Shown here: piece by piece, positions 12,467 to 26,605 of the stretch
Position numbering within the stretch: position 1 is the stretch's first letter
How the letters are laid out: every line of letters starts with the position of its first letter
Source: Eledone cirrhosa
Taxonomy: Eukaryota
DNA: 64,000 nt
Direction: 5' to 3'
Assembly (NCBI GenBank): GCA_964016885.1
Contig: OZ024757.1
Location: forward strand, 31,744,001 to 31,808,000
Translations under genes and position numbers: made by a program
Notes under the pieces: generated by a model
What the model saw: only the letters and a program-made list of their open reading frames with translations
Databases searched by the model: none
What the model was told of the DNA's origin: nothing

Positions 12467-12656
12467 CAGGCATGTCAAGCATGTGGCCCTTTACAAGCCC
12501 AACTGCGGCCCGCACAAAGGTTTTTACAGTGCGAGCGTAAAATATAAAATAAAAAATATTAGCTGTAATGTGCGCCATTAGTTGTCATGTGTGGCCCTCA
12601 GACAACACATATGTGACCCACGTGGCCCTAAGGGAACCCTCAGTTTAACATGCCTG
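12467..12656. mobile_element. hAT-type MITE with an 8-bp TSD
   Basis: TIRs CAGGCATGTCAA and TTAACATGCCTG. TSD ATCTAAGG at 12459-12466 and 12657-12664. Internal GGCCC motifs. Confidence 0.92.
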
Positions 12657-13219
12657 ATCTAAGGGGTCCAGAAAACAAAAAAAAAACAAGGAAAGATAAT
12701 TATTTCCCACCAAACGTGAGAGGTGTGTAGATCTGAGAAAACCCGACGATCTTTTCGCACCATTTTACCCTACTTTTCCTACAATTCTAGTCGGTTCCGA
12801 GGTCATACTCGTGGATAACAGACGAAAAACAAACATTCGCAGGGAAAACTCCGGGAGTGGGGGAGGAAGACTCCCCCCCCCCCCCCCCACCCCACCCGTT
12901 CTCTGAAGAGGAAAGTTGATTGTCAGAATCTTCGAGGTTAGATTAGTTGATAGCAGACGAAAGAAAGGAGGTAAAGAATGTTAACCCACTGAAATAGAGT
13001 AAGGTGTTCTATAATATCATACCATCTAGCAACCACTACCACCACCACCACCAACTAATCACCATCAATCAACAGCATCAAACACGACCATCACCACCAC
13101 CATCCACCATCACCACCATCCACCATCACCACCACCACCACCATCACCACCACCACCACCACCAAACACCACCAAACACCACCACCACCACCACCAAACA
13201 CCACCACCATCTACCATCT

Positions 13220-13292
13220 CCTTACGGAGTCGATAAAATAAAGTACCAGTAATGTACTGGTTAATTGCTGGCCTTGTGCCTAAAGTAGAAAT
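13220..13292 (+). mobile_element. SINE 3' fragment
   Basis: CCTTACGGAGTCGATAAAATAAAGTACCAG...GGCCTTGTGCCTAAAGTAGAAA. Confidence 0.85.
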
Positions 13293-13728
13293 AGTTAGTA
13301 CTCTCAAGACCTACCCTTATTGAGTGCTTTGTTACTCATTCCTTATTGGAGGTCGACCTTGCTTGGCCACAGCCAAATCTTCCATTTTACTAAGTTTCCA
13401 CTTGTATATATATGTATAGATCCCTTCTTCCTCCCGTTAGACCTGTACGGAATTCCTTCCTTGCGTACATCCCAACCAGGTTTGATGGTCTTTATTCTCT
13501 CTCGTTCACGATTTCACCGAATTTAAATTCATAGAAATTTGGGACTTGACTCCTTCTTCCTCATTTTTCGTTGCTTCACCATTTTGTTTGTTTACACTCG
13601 TGTCCCCTTTAATTACGTGTCCCAACGACTTTTTTTAGCCGTTGCTCGCACCAACCGGAGGTATATGGTCTTTAAAGCGATGAAATACCAATGATGGTTG
13701 GAAGATCACTGATGAAGGACTAACTTTA

Positions 13729-13781
<53 letters not shown>

Positions 13782-13809
13782 ACATATGTATGTATGCTAT
13801 ATGTATGTA

Positions 13810-13849
<40 letters not shown>

Positions 13850-13885
13850 ACATATGTATGTATGCTATATGTATGTATGTATGTA

Positions 13886-13928
<43 letters not shown>

Positions 13929-13932
<4 letters not shown>

Positions 13933-14066
13933 TAAGGAAGTGTGCTAAGGAACCAGATGGGCCATAACGCACCAGAGTACTCAATACTTAGGGTAGTAGA
14001 GTGGGTGATAGGAAAAGGTATGACCCCGACGGCAGAGCTCAAGCCGTTTCAACGGCTATTTCTGGG

Positions 14067-14068
<2 letters not shown>
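13929..14068 (-). mobile_element. PLE-like family B fragment (3' half of a hammerhead plus tail) in (TA)n
   Basis: Minus strand GAA-ACGGC ttgagctct GCCGT-C-GGGG. Other copies at 16527-16718, 19073-19232, 32320-32372, 52283-52325 and 53560-53765. Confidence 0.75.
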
Positions 14069-14121
<53 letters not shown>

Positions 14122-14126
14122 TACAT

Positions 14127-14204
<78 letters not shown>

Positions 14205-15301
14205 CCGTATGTGTGTGTACGTATGTGTGGTGCCATCAGTACCTGACTATGCCAAGATGGAGAAGGTGATTGAAGTATTGGGCGAAGATGAGGTGGAGGG
14301 GGAGGAGTTAAATGGTAAGGGTGAAAGAGAGAGATAGAGGGGTGGGAGTAGTGGGTATAGGATAGATTGATATGACTAAAGGGAGGAATAGGAGAGTGAG
14401 TGAGATAGATAGATAGATAGATAGATAGTGAGAGAGAGATGTGGAGTTGTAGTAAGAGGAGGGTTTGTTATTGATTAGTACTTAAATGCACTCTGGTACA
14501 CGTACTGCCTTCATTCTTGTCACAAATACGTGTGTGTATGTATGTATATATCTATATAGGCATATATATACACACGGGTGTGCATATATATGCATATATA
14601 AACTCACTTTGTGTGTGTGTGTGTGTGTCTCTCACTCTCTCTCTCTCCCTCTCTCCCCCTCTCTCTATATATATATATATACACACACACACACGTGTGT
14701 GTGTGTCTATATGTGCATATGTATATATACACGTGTGTGTGTCTATATATGCATATTTATATATAAATATATATATACACACACGTGTGTGTGTATACAT
14801 ATATGCATATGTATATATACACGTGTGTGTCTATATATGCATATGTATATATACACGTGTGTGTGTCTATATATGCATATTTATATATATGTATATATAT
14901 ATATGTATGTGTGAATTTATGCATATATATATATATAAAATATATATATGTATATATATTTATATATATATATATTGTGTATGTATATCTTATTTATTGG
15001 GTTCGGCCAAGCTGGAGCACCAATTTAGGGGTATGTAGTGGATCACTTTGACCCCAACATTTATTGTTTTCAAGTTTGGTACTGATTTCATCGATCACTT
15101 TTATATCGAACTGCTAAGTTATCAAACGAAATCACAGACAGGAATCTATATAATATGAATGTACATATATATACATATGTGTATATATATATGTATACAG
15201 GTATACATGTGTGTCTATATATGTATATATATGCATATATATGTATATATATATATAGTTATGTATATAAATAGATATATAGATATAGATAGATATGTGC
15301 T

Positions 15302-15429
15302 TATAATGGCTGCAACTCGATTTCGGCCATTATATGCACACACGCACGCGTACATACACACACACACGTGTGTGTATGTACGCGTGCGTGTGTGCATATA
15401 ATGGCCGAAATCGAGTTGCAGCCATTATA
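15302..15429. repeat. Near-perfect ~128-bp palindrome with nested terminal hairpins
   Basis: TATAATGGCTGCAACTCGATTTCGGCCATTATATGCACACACGCACGCGTACATACACAC followed by its exact reverse complement. Confidence 0.9.
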
Positions 15430-15637
15430 TATATATGTATATATAATATATATATATATGTATATATAATATATAATATGTATATATAATATATAATATA
15501 TATATATAAATGTATATATGATATATATATATATGTATATATAATATATATATATACATATATTATATATATAAATACATATATAATATATATATATACA
15601 TATATAATATATATAAATACATATATAATATATATAA

Positions 15638-15675
<38 letters not shown>

Positions 15676-15782
15676 CATATATATATATTATATACATATA
15701 TATATATTATATACATATATATATACACATATACATATATATATATATACATATACATATATATATACATATACATATATAC

Positions 15783-15845
<63 letters not shown>

Positions 15846-16107
15846 CCGTCTTTATCTATTATCTCTATCATTTTCTCTCCCTACCCACATGCACATAAAT
15901 ATAGACCCACATGTGCAACACATGCACAGTCCTATTTACTGACATAAGCATACATATGCTTGCATTCATGGATATGCAAGCGATGCAATGGCACATGTGC
16001 ACGCTTGCACTTAGACAGACAGATGACTAAGGAGGGGGGGGGGCTGCTGGGTGTCTAGGAACGCAGTAAATATTTGTACATATATTATTTTATGTATGAA
16101 TACTTAT

Positions 16108-16190
<83 letters not shown>

Positions 16191-16241
16191 CACAACTATA
16201 TATATATATATACACAACTATATATATATATATATATACAC

Positions 16242-16276
<35 letters not shown>

Positions 16277-16526
16277 ACTATATATATATATATACACAAC
16301 TATATATATATATATATATATATACACAACTATATATATATATATATACACAACTATATATATATATATATATATATATACACAACTATATATATATATA
16401 TACACAACTATATATATATATATATATACACAACTATATATATATATATATAGATAGATAGATGCATACATATATATATATAGAGAGAGAGAGACAGATG
16501 TATATATATACATACATTCATATATA

Positions 16527-16718
16527 ACGAAGTGTGATAAGGAGTCAGATGAACCATAACGTACCAGAGGACTCAATATTTAGAGAAGTAGAGTGGGTAA
16601 TGGGAGAATGTTCAAGACCCCGACGGCATAGCTCAAAAGCAGAAATAGCCGTCGAAAGTCCAGAAATAGCCGTCGAAGCGGCTTGAGCTCTGACGTCGGG
16701 GTCTTGAACATTTTCCTA
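16527..16718. mobile_element. PLE-like family B fragment with a foldback
   Basis: AATGTTCAAGACCCCGACG pairs with CGTCGGGGTCTTGAACATT. Internal duplication of CAGAAATAGCCGTCGAA. Confidence 0.72.
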
Positions 16719-16727
16719 TATATACAG

Positions 16728-16795
<68 letters not shown>

Positions 16796-18333
16796 TGTAT
16801 ATTTGGTCGATATATATAGGTATGTATACATAAAAAAACACATTAAGAACTCAGTGACAACAACAACAACAACACTGACTCCAGCTACAACAACGAGATC
16901 ATCATCATCACCACCATCAACAACAACCACAGAGAGAACATCACCACCACCACCACCATCACTGCCAACACCAACTCTAACAAGACTCCAACACCACCAC
17001 CACCAACACCACCACCACCACCACCACCACCATCACTGCCAACACCAACTCTAACAAGACTCCAACACCACCACCACAACCACCACCACCAACAACAACA
17101 ACAACAGTAGTACCAGCACCACCAACAACATTAGTACCACTACCACCACCACACCACCACCACCACCACACCACCACACCACCACCACCTCCACCACACA
17201 AGCACCACCACCACCACCACACCAGCACCACCACACCACCACCACCACCACACCACCACCACCACCACACCACCACACCACCACCACCTCCACCACACAA
17301 GCACCACCACCACCACCACACCAGCACCACCACACCACCACCACCATCACCACCACACCACCACCACCATCACCACCACCACCACCATCACCACACCACC
17401 ACCACACCACCACTACTACCACCGCCACCACCACTACCACCAGCACCACTACGCCACCACCACCACCATCACCACTACCACCACCATCACCACTACCACC
17501 ACCACCACCACCACCACCACACCACCACACCACCACCACCACCACCACCACACCACCACACCACCACTACCACCACCACCACCACCACCACCACCACCAC
17601 CACCACACCACACCACACCACCACCACCACCACCACACCACCACCACTACCACCACACCACCACCGCACCACACCACACCACCACCACACCTCCACCACC
17701 ACCACACCACACCACACCACACCACACCACACCACCACCACCACCACCACACCACCACCACTACCACCACACCACCACCACACCTCCACCACCACACCAC
17801 ACCACACCACACCACACCACCACCACCACCACCACACCTCCACCACCACACCACACCACACCACACCACACCACCACCACACCACACCACACCACACCAC
17901 ACCACCACCACACCTCCACCACCACACCACACCACACCACACCACACCACCACCACACCACACCACACCACACCACACCACACCACCACCACCACCACCA
18001 CACCACCACCACCACCACCACCACCACCACACCACCACCACCACCACCACACCACCACCACACCACACCACCACCACCACCACCACCACCACCACTACCA
18101 CCACACCACACCACCACCACCGCACCACACCACACCACCACCACACCACCACCACCACTAAAGTGAGGACAAGTTGACATGCACTTACTGATATTTTCTC
18201 TCCTCCCCAGTCAAACCTCAATAATCCCCCCACTCCCCTTCAACTCTACACCTTCCTCATCTCTAGATTCCATCATCCTCTCTGTCACATATATACACAC
18301 ACATGTCTGTCTGTGTATATATGTATGTATGTA

Positions 18334-18405
<72 letters not shown>

Positions 18406-18551
18406 GGTATATATATATATATGTCTATATATATATATATATATATAGACATATATATCTTTTAAGAAATATATATATATATATATATGTCTGTGTGCGT
18501 GTGTATATATATATATATACCTGTGTGTGTGTGTGTGTGTATATATATATC

Positions 18552-18584
<33 letters not shown>

Positions 18585-18589
18585 GTCTG

Positions 18590-18631
<42 letters not shown>

Positions 18632-18639
18632 TATGTCTC

Positions 18640-18676
<37 letters not shown>

Positions 18677-18677
18677 C

Positions 18678-18710
<33 letters not shown>

Positions 18711-18735
18711 GTGTCTGTATATATATATATATATC

Positions 18736-18780
<45 letters not shown>

Positions 18781-18803
18781 GTCTGTATATATATATATAT
18801 ATC

Positions 18804-18834
<31 letters not shown>

Positions 18835-18859
18835 GTCTGTATATATATATATATATATC

Positions 18860-18907
<48 letters not shown>

Positions 18908-19030
18908 TGTGTGTATTATGTGTGTGTATTTATATATATATATATATATATATATTAAAATAACAGATTAAAGTTTAAGCAAAGAATCGCTGCTTTCACC
19001 CTTAACGGGATATATATATATATATATTGG

Positions 19031-19071
<41 letters not shown>

Positions 19072-19072
19072 A

Positions 19073-19232
19073 TAGGAAAAGAGTCAGGACCCCGACGGCT
19101 GAGCTCCGGCCGTTTCGACAGCTAGGTCTGAACTCAGTTCCTGACTTTTTTCCTATTACCCACTCTACTACCCAGTATCGAGTACTCTGGTGCGTTATGG
19201 TCCATCTGGTTCCTTACCACACTTCCTTCGTT
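19073..19232. mobile_element. PLE-like family B fragment with an inverted 5' segment
   Basis: TAGGAAAAGAGTCAGG pairs with CCTGACTTTTTTCCTA. The hammerhead 3' half is on the minus strand and the tail is on the plus strand. Confidence 0.72.
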
Positions 19233-19247
19233 ATATATATATATATA

Positions 19248-19298
<51 letters not shown>

Positions 19299-19313
19299 GT
19301 CTATATATATATA

Positions 19314-19491
19314 TAATTGTTTCTACTTTAGGCACAAGGCCAGCAATTACCCAGTGCATTACTGGTACTTTATTTTTCGACCCCGTATTGATGAAAGGCA
19401 AAGTCAACCTCGGCGGGATTTGAACTCAGATCGTAAAGGGACGTAACTATGTTGGAAAGCATGGCGTCCGAGACTCTACCGATACTGTCAA
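19314..19491 (-). mobile_element. tRNA-derived SINE, near full length
   Basis: Reverse complement of the family consensus, including the A- and B-box regions. Confidence 0.92.
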
Positions 19492-19739
19492 TGTCTGTGT
19501 GTATATATATGCGTATATATGTCTGTATATATTTATATATAAATGTGTGTGTATATATGTATATGTTTGTGTGTTTATTCAATATTCATGTGTGTGTGTG
19601 TGTGTGTGTGTGAGTATATATATGTGTGTGGGTTTGTGTGCATAGGTATGTGTGTATATATGTATATGGGTAAATATATATATATATTTGTTTATGTATA
19701 TGCATGTAAGTATCGGAACAGTCTGCTCGGGGATTGAAC

Positions 19740-21645
19740 TTATGACCTTATAGGTGGAGCTGTAACAACATAATATTGTGGCTCCCTATTAATAAGTCAC
19801 CCGATAAATCTCCTATGGGTCAGGAATCCTATATAGATGTGAGCTGTAACAACGTGATATGACTGGGGCCCCTATCATTAAAACACCTGAGAAACTTATG
19901 AGGTACAACCTTGTAGAAGGTCATCTAAACCTACATAGGTGTGAGTTGTAACAACATAAGACTGGGGTACCTATCATTAAAAAGAGAAACCTCCAATGAA
20001 ACACAACGTCATAAGCGGCCAGATAAACCTGCCTAGGTGTGAGCTGTAACAACATAAGACTGGGGCACCTATCATTAAAAAGAGAAACCTCCAATGAAAC
20101 ACAACGTCATAAGCGGCCAGATAAACCTGCCTAGGTGTGAGCTGTAACAACATAAGACTGGGGCACCTATCATTAAAAAGAGAAACCTCCAATGAAACAC
20201 AACGTCATAAGAGGCCAGATAAACCTGCCTAGGTGTGAGCTGTAACAACATAAGACTGGGGTACCTATCATTAAAAAGAGAAACCTCCAATGAAACACAA
20301 CGACATAAGAGGCCAGATAGACCTGCCTAGGTGTGAGCTGTAACAACATAAGACTGGGGTACCTATCATTAAAAAGAGAAACCTCCAATGAAACACAACG
20401 ACATAAGAGGCCAGATAAACCTGCCTAGGTGTGAGCTGTAACAACATAAGACTGGGGCACCTATCATTAAAAAGAGAAACCTCCAATGAAACACAACGAC
20501 ATAAGAGGCCAGATAAACCTGCCTAGGTGTGAGCTGTAACAACATAAGACTGGGGCACCTATCATTAAAAAGAGAAACCTCCAATGAAACACAACGTCAT
20601 AAGCGGCCAGATAAACCTACATAGGTGTGAGCTGTAACAACATAAGACTGGGGCACCTATCATTAAAAAGAGAAACCTCCAATGAAACACAACGTCATAA
20701 GCGGCCAGATAAACCTACATAGGTGTGAGCTGTAACAACATAAGACTGGGGCACCTATCATTAAAAAGAGAAACCTCCAATGAAACACAACGTCATAAGC
20801 GGCCAGATAAACCTACATAGGTGTGAGCTGTAACAACATAAGACTGGGGCACCTATCATTAAAAAGAGAAACCTCCAATGAAACACAACGTCATAAGCGG
20901 CCAGATAAACCTGCATAGGTGTGAGTTGTAACAACATAAGACTGGGGTACCTATCATTAAAAAACCTGAGAAACTCCAATGAAAAACGTCATAAGCGGCC
21001 TGATAAACCTACATAGGTGTGAGCTGTAACAACATAAGACTGGGGTACCTATCATTAAAAAACCTGAGAAACCTCCAATGAGACACAACGACATAAGAGG
21101 CCAGATAAACCTGCCTAGGTGTGAGCTGTAACAACATCAGACTGGGGTACCTATCATTAAAACACCTGAGAAACCTCCAATGAAACACAACCTCATAAGC
21201 GGCCAGATAAACCTACATAGGTGTGAGCTGTAACAACATAAGACTGGGGTACCTATCATTAAAAAACCTGATAGACCTCCAATGAGACACAACCTCATAA
21301 GCGGCCAGATAAACCTACATAGGTGTGAGCTGTCACAACATAAGACTGGGGCACCTATCATTAAAAAACCTGAGAAACCTCCAATGAAACACAACGTCAT
21401 AAGCGGCCAGATAAACCTACATAGGTGTGAGCTGTAACAACATAAGACTGGGGTACCTATCATTAAAAAACCTGAGAAACCTCTAATGAAACAACAACGT
21501 CATAAGCGGCCAGATAAACTTGCATCGGTGTGAGCTGTAACAACGTGAGACTGGGGGCTCACTATTAATTAATCACCCGAGAAACCTCAAATGAGACACA
21601 ACCGCATAGAAGGCCAGGTAAACCTATACAGGTGTGAACTGTAAA
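19740..21645 (+). repeat. 98-bp tandem satellite (about 17 homogeneous units, degenerate edges)
   Basis: Unit AGGTGTGAGCTGTAACAACATAAGACTGGGGCACCTATCATTAAAAAGAGAAACCTCCAATGAAACACAACGTCATAAGCGGCCAGATAAACCTGCCT. ORF-track starts are spaced exactly 98 bp. Confidence 0.95.
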
Positions 21646-21940
21646 ATTCACACGTTTTTTTTTCTTTCTCTGTTATTATATAATACAATTTATGAATCAC
21701 ACCTGTGTCCACTTGAATCACACTGGCTACACCCAAACAACTGACCATTGTACACGACTTGACCAGACTACTGCACCAAATATCACTCACTTGACACACA
21801 CACGCGCGCGCGCACACACACGCACACACACATACACACACACCCACCACCACCACCACCTGTTAGTTGTAAGTTCCTCCATAATTTCGTTTGGTTTCTC
21901 TTGTTCTCAGCAGTTTTATTTATATATTTTATTATTATTC

Positions 21941-22085
21941 GGTGGATTGACAATAGAATCGGTAGAGCGTCGGACACCATGCATTGCAGCATAACTTTAC
22001 CTTTCATTCTTACGGGGTCGATAAAATAAAATACCAGCAATACACTGGGATAATTGTTGGCCTTGTGCCAAAAGTAGAAACAACT
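21941..22085 (+). mobile_element. tRNA-derived SINE with an internal deletion
   Basis: GGTGGATTGACAATAGAATCGGTAGAGCGTCGGAC...ACCTTTCATTCTTACGGGGTCGATAAAA. B-box region absent. Confidence 0.85.
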
Positions 22086-22724
22086 ATTCGTATTACTGGC
22101 ATCTGTAAAAGTACGAGTTGGGGACGAGTGTTTGTAATTACAAATCCGGTAGAGCGCCGAACTATTGCATGTAGTGTATAAAAACAAGATGTAGCTCTGA
22201 GAGAAAGACATTCTTGACTTCTATAATTGCTATCAAGTAGTAAAGATATGAAGTAGAAAACAGTTCTTGTACCAATGTTGTCTTATAGCAAATGGTGGAA
22301 CTGGGGAAATGTCACCTGGGGCAGACAATATTTTAGAGATTGGTGGTGGTGGTGGTGGTGGTTATGGCGATGGTGGCAATGATGATGAGGCTGATGGTGA
22401 TGAGGCTGATGGTGATGGTGGCGATAGTGATGGTGTGATGAAGGTGGTGATGATGATATTGAAGGCAATCATTACGATGATGATGATGATGGACATTGTT
22501 ATGTTTTGATGGTGATGATGGCGATGCGGATGATAATGATGATGATGATGGTGATGATAAAGATGATGATGATGATGATGAAACTGCTGATGGCGGTGAT
22601 AGTAATGGCGATGATGGCGAACATGATAATAATGGTGACCATTAGGATGATGTTGGCGATGATGATATATCACACATTGACATTTCTAAAGGAAAACCTT
22701 CACCGATTCTGCTCCAATAAATCC

Positions 22725-23005
22725 GAAATCGGGGAGGACGTCTTCAGCCGAGTTACGTCCGCAATAGGTCACATGTTAAAAACGGAGGGGGAAGGGTGTC
22801 TTCAGTTGGTTTACGTCTGCAATAGGTCACATGATGAAAACGGAGGGAGGAGGGCGTCTTCAGTTGGTTTACGTCTGCAATAGGTCACATGATGAAGACG
22901 GAGGGGGAGGGCGTCTTCAGTTGGTTTACGTCGGCAATAGGTCACATGAAGAGGGGGGGATCTTAAGCCGGTCCGGTTTACGTCCGCAATAGGTCATATG
23001 AAGAT
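22725..23005. repeat. ~53-60-bp minisatellite (about 5 units)
   Basis: GGAGGGGGAGGGCGTCTTCAGTTGGTTTACGTCTGCAATAGGTCACATGA repeated. Confidence 0.85.
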
Positions 23006-23094
23006 GAGGAGGTAGATGGATGGGGACTTCCTTTAGCTGGATTACGTCCTCCATACGTCAATCTCGTGAAAATCTCGCTAGATATTATCTAGCA

Positions 23095-23757
23095 ACTTGT
23101 ATAACAGTTATGTAGGAATCCTCACTGCTATATAACTGTTATCTGGCAGTCGTCACTGCTATAAAACAATTATGTAGCGGTGAAAAACTGCTATATAACA
23201 GTTATCTTACAGTTGACACTGCTATAACAGTTATGTGGCAGTCGCCATTGCTATAAAACAGTTATGTGAGTGTTGTCACTGCTATATAACTGTAATGTGA
23301 CAGTCATCAGTGCTATAAAACAGTTGTGTGGCAGTCGTCACTGCTATAAAACAGTTACGTGTCTATTGCCACTGTTATATAACAGTTACGTGGCTGTCGT
23401 CATTGTTATGTAGCAGTTATGTGAGTCGTCACTGCTATATAACAGTTATGTGACTGTCGTCACTGCTATATAACAGTTATGTGACTGACGTCATTGTTAT
23501 ATAACTGTTATGTGACAGTCGTCACTGCTATATAACAGTTATGCGACAGTCGTCACTGCTATATAACTGTTATGTGACTGTCGTCACTGGTATGTAACAG
23601 TTATGTGATAGTCATCACTGCTATAAAACAGTTATGTGATAGTCATCACTGCTATATAACTGTTATATGGCAGTCGCCACTGTTATAAAACAGTTATGTG
23701 ACAGTCGTCACTGTTATATAACAGTTATCAGACAGTCAGTCATCACTGCTATATAAC
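23095..23757. repeat. 31-bp minisatellite (about 21 units)
   Basis: CACTGCTATATAACAGTTATGTGACAGTCGT repeated, with divergence. Confidence 0.9.
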
Positions 23758-23857
23758 ATGTAGCAATACGGAGATATTACAAACAACGACCCCCCCCACA
23801 CACACACACACACGCACATACACCATCCACCCACACACTTCCGCAGCGGGATTTGCA

Positions 23858-24130
23858 CTCAGAACATCATTTCTCTCTCCACCCCTATCTTCCTCTCCAA
23901 GTGGAACTTGAAAAGGTTGACGAGGGCTTGGTCAAAGAGGAAAGTGTCTGACTTCAGACCTTTATTAACCACAAAGGGTTTACAAAAAAATACATTAAGG
24001 ACAGCACAAGACTCTGCAGGGTGGTACAGGGCGGTATAGGAGAGTATAGACAGTACAGGACGGTACAAACAGGGGTTTCTGCGTGTAAAAAAACAAACAA
24101 AAGGAAACAAAAACAAAAGATGTAACAAAA
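23858..24130 (-). mobile_element. Probable Tx1/L1-group LINE 3' fragments
   Basis: KGLKSDTFLFDQALVNLFKFHLERKIGVERE resembles a Tx1 ORF2 C-terminus (from memory). The adjacent 3' end CCCTTTGTGGTTAATAAA matches CCCTTGTGGCTAATAAA at 46558-46575. Confidence 0.5.
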
Positions 24131-24414
24131 GAATAATAATTGAATGAAACTGCAGAAAATGAGAGAAGCACCAAGAAATTGTGAAGGAAATGCTGGGGCT
24201 TGTTTTGGTGGTGCTACAGTATGGCCGGAACCTACAATAAACAATTGGTTTGGTGCAGTTGACTGGTCATGTAGTGTATCTTGGTCAGTTGTTTGGTTGT
24301 AGTCAGTGTGATTCAGGTGGACACAGGTGTGATTCATGGATTGTATATAATAATAACAGAGAGAGAGAGAGAGAGAGAGAAGAAACGTGATGTTTACAGA
24401 TGACGTCATATCAA

Positions 24415-25290
24415 GTTACGATTGAGCGGTTTCTTGAGTGTTTTAATAATAGAGACCCCAATCCTATGTTGCGGTTGTTACAGCTCAGACCTATATCAGT
24501 TTAGTGGGCCTTATGGGAGGTTTCTTGCGTATTTTAAAGATAGAAGCCCCAGTCCTATTATGTTGCGGTTCTTACAGCTCACACTTATGTCAGTTTAGTG
24601 GGCCTTATGGGAGGTTTCTTGCGTGTTTTAATGATAGAGGCCTCTGTCTTATCACGTGGTTGTTATAGCACACACCTTTGTCGGTTTAGCGGACCGTATG
24701 GAAGGTTTGATGTGTTATTTAATGATAGATGCCCCAGTCCTATCATGTGGTTCTTACAGCTCACACTTATGTCAATTTAGTGTGCTTTATGGGAGGTTTC
24801 TTGCGTATTTTAAAGGCAGAGGTCCCAATCCTGTGATGTTGTGGTTGTTATAGCTCACACTTATGTCAGTTCAGTGGGCCTTATGGGAGGTTTCTTGGGT
24901 GTTTTAATAATAGAGGCCCCAATCCTATCATGTGGTTGTTTCAGCACACACAACATATAAGACCCACTAAACAGATATGGGTATCTCATGAGAAGTTTCT
25001 TGTGTTATCTAATGATAGAGGGCCCAAGTCCTATCATGTTGTGGTTGTTACAACTCACACCTACGTCGGTTTAATGGGCCTTATGTAATGTTGAATCTCA
25101 TGAGAAGTTTCTTGTGTGTTTTAATGATAGGGGCCCCAGTCCTACCTTGTGGTTGTCACAGCTCACACCTACATCAGTTTAGCGGGCCTTATGTAAGTTT
25201 GTATCTCATCAGAGGTTTCTTGGGTATTTTAATGATAGTGTACCCCAGTGGTGTCGTTAAAGTTCACACCCGTGCTGGTTTTGCAGGCTT
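24415..25290 (-). repeat. Diverged, inverted copy of the 98-bp satellite family (about 9 units of 90-110 bp)
   Basis: Reverse complement reads AGGTGTGAGCTGTAACAAC...GACTGGGGC...CTATCATTAAAAC...AGAAACCTC. Confidence 0.88.
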
Positions 25291-25302
25291 CCTCGCCACT
25301 AC

Positions 25303-25445
25303 AATAATTGTTTCTACTTTTGGCACAAGGCCAGCATTTACTCAGTGCATTACTGGTACTTTATTTTATCGACCCCGTAAGGATGAAAGCCAAAATTAAC
25401 CTCGGCAGGATTTGAACTCAGACTATAAAGGGCCGTAACTCTTAA
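25303..25445 (-). mobile_element. tRNA-derived SINE
   Basis: Family consensus on the minus strand. Confidence 0.9.
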
Positions 25446-26445
25446 GCTGGCACTCAGTCGGTTACGACGACGACGACGTGTATTCCAGTTGATTCGATTG
25501 AAGGAACAGCCAGCTCGTGAAGTAACTTGCACGTGGCTGCGTATTCCGCAGCCGCTTATTAATATTTCAGATTTTTCCCAACCCGCTCTTATTCCAATCC
25601 CCATATTTTTAAATTTTGCCCATCTTTCCCCGGTGAAATTTTATTTTAAGTGGTAGCATTCCTGCGACAATTAATTTTCTTTGATCATTAAAAATATTAT
25701 ACATGAGAAAAAAAAAGGTACATTACTAGAAATCCCATACGTTATAAACAACTAAGATGTGTTGGGAGTCTCAGTATGTAAACTAAACGACTAATTCTGG
25801 TTTGTTAAAAAAAAAAAAAATCAACGGAGGCAACCTATAAAAATTACCGATTTTCCATCCTCCACATCCTCGCTTATTCCAAACCCTCCGCTCGCTAATG
25901 CCCCAAACCCACCCCTGCTTATTCCACCACACCCCGATTATCCCCCACCCTTTTATTTGGGACCCGAGAGTATTACGACATAAATACTACAATAGCCATA
26001 TAGTGATTGAGTAAATACTAGAAGCGATAATAAAACTGAGTAAATACACTAAAGTTAGATGTGAATGAAAACATGTACCAAGACTTCTTCTAACGAACGT
26101 GGGCTGGGGAGGTGAGGGGAGTGGGTGTTTGGGTTGGGAATGGGTCATAATGTACTAAGTTAACTGACCCCTCGCCCCCCGTGTCTCGTGACATCAAGTA
26201 AACACCGACTCGACCTTTTTCGCAATAAATAGCATACATACATACATACATACATACATGCGCACACGCGCACACACGCGCACACACACACACATACATC
26301 TACACACGCGTACTTAAGAGTAATTACATGCACACGAGCGCATACACAAATGGACGCATCCATATGCATATGGTGAAATACATATATGTACACTCACACA
26401 CACACACACACACACATATATATACACACACACACATATATATAT

Positions 26446-26529
<84 letters not shown>

Positions 26530-26605
26530 AAGAAGAAATTAAAACATATGTTGACTGAACACTTCCTTGTTCACAAGTGTTTCTAAGCCTCTTATCATGT
26601 TACCT

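Larger units (their letters stand above)
11644..12700. mobile_element. TIR-bounded element containing a degenerate telomere-like (CCCTAA)n array
   Basis: Left end ATTATCTTTCCT...TGGACCTCTCAGATACTTGCCATCGAGTTTTTTCCCGG is the reverse complement of the right end CCGTGAAAAAAGTCGATTGCAAGCATCTAAGG[MITE]GGTCCAG...AGGAAAGATAAT. Confidence 0.75.

Noticed and set aside
12895-12960. CTGAAGA-containing segment as a hammerhead
   Set aside because: No GAAA box after a credible stem II, and no stem I partner.
19977-21463. Series of near-identical 71-aa ORFs
   Set aside because: An artefact of the 98-bp satellite cycling through reading frames.
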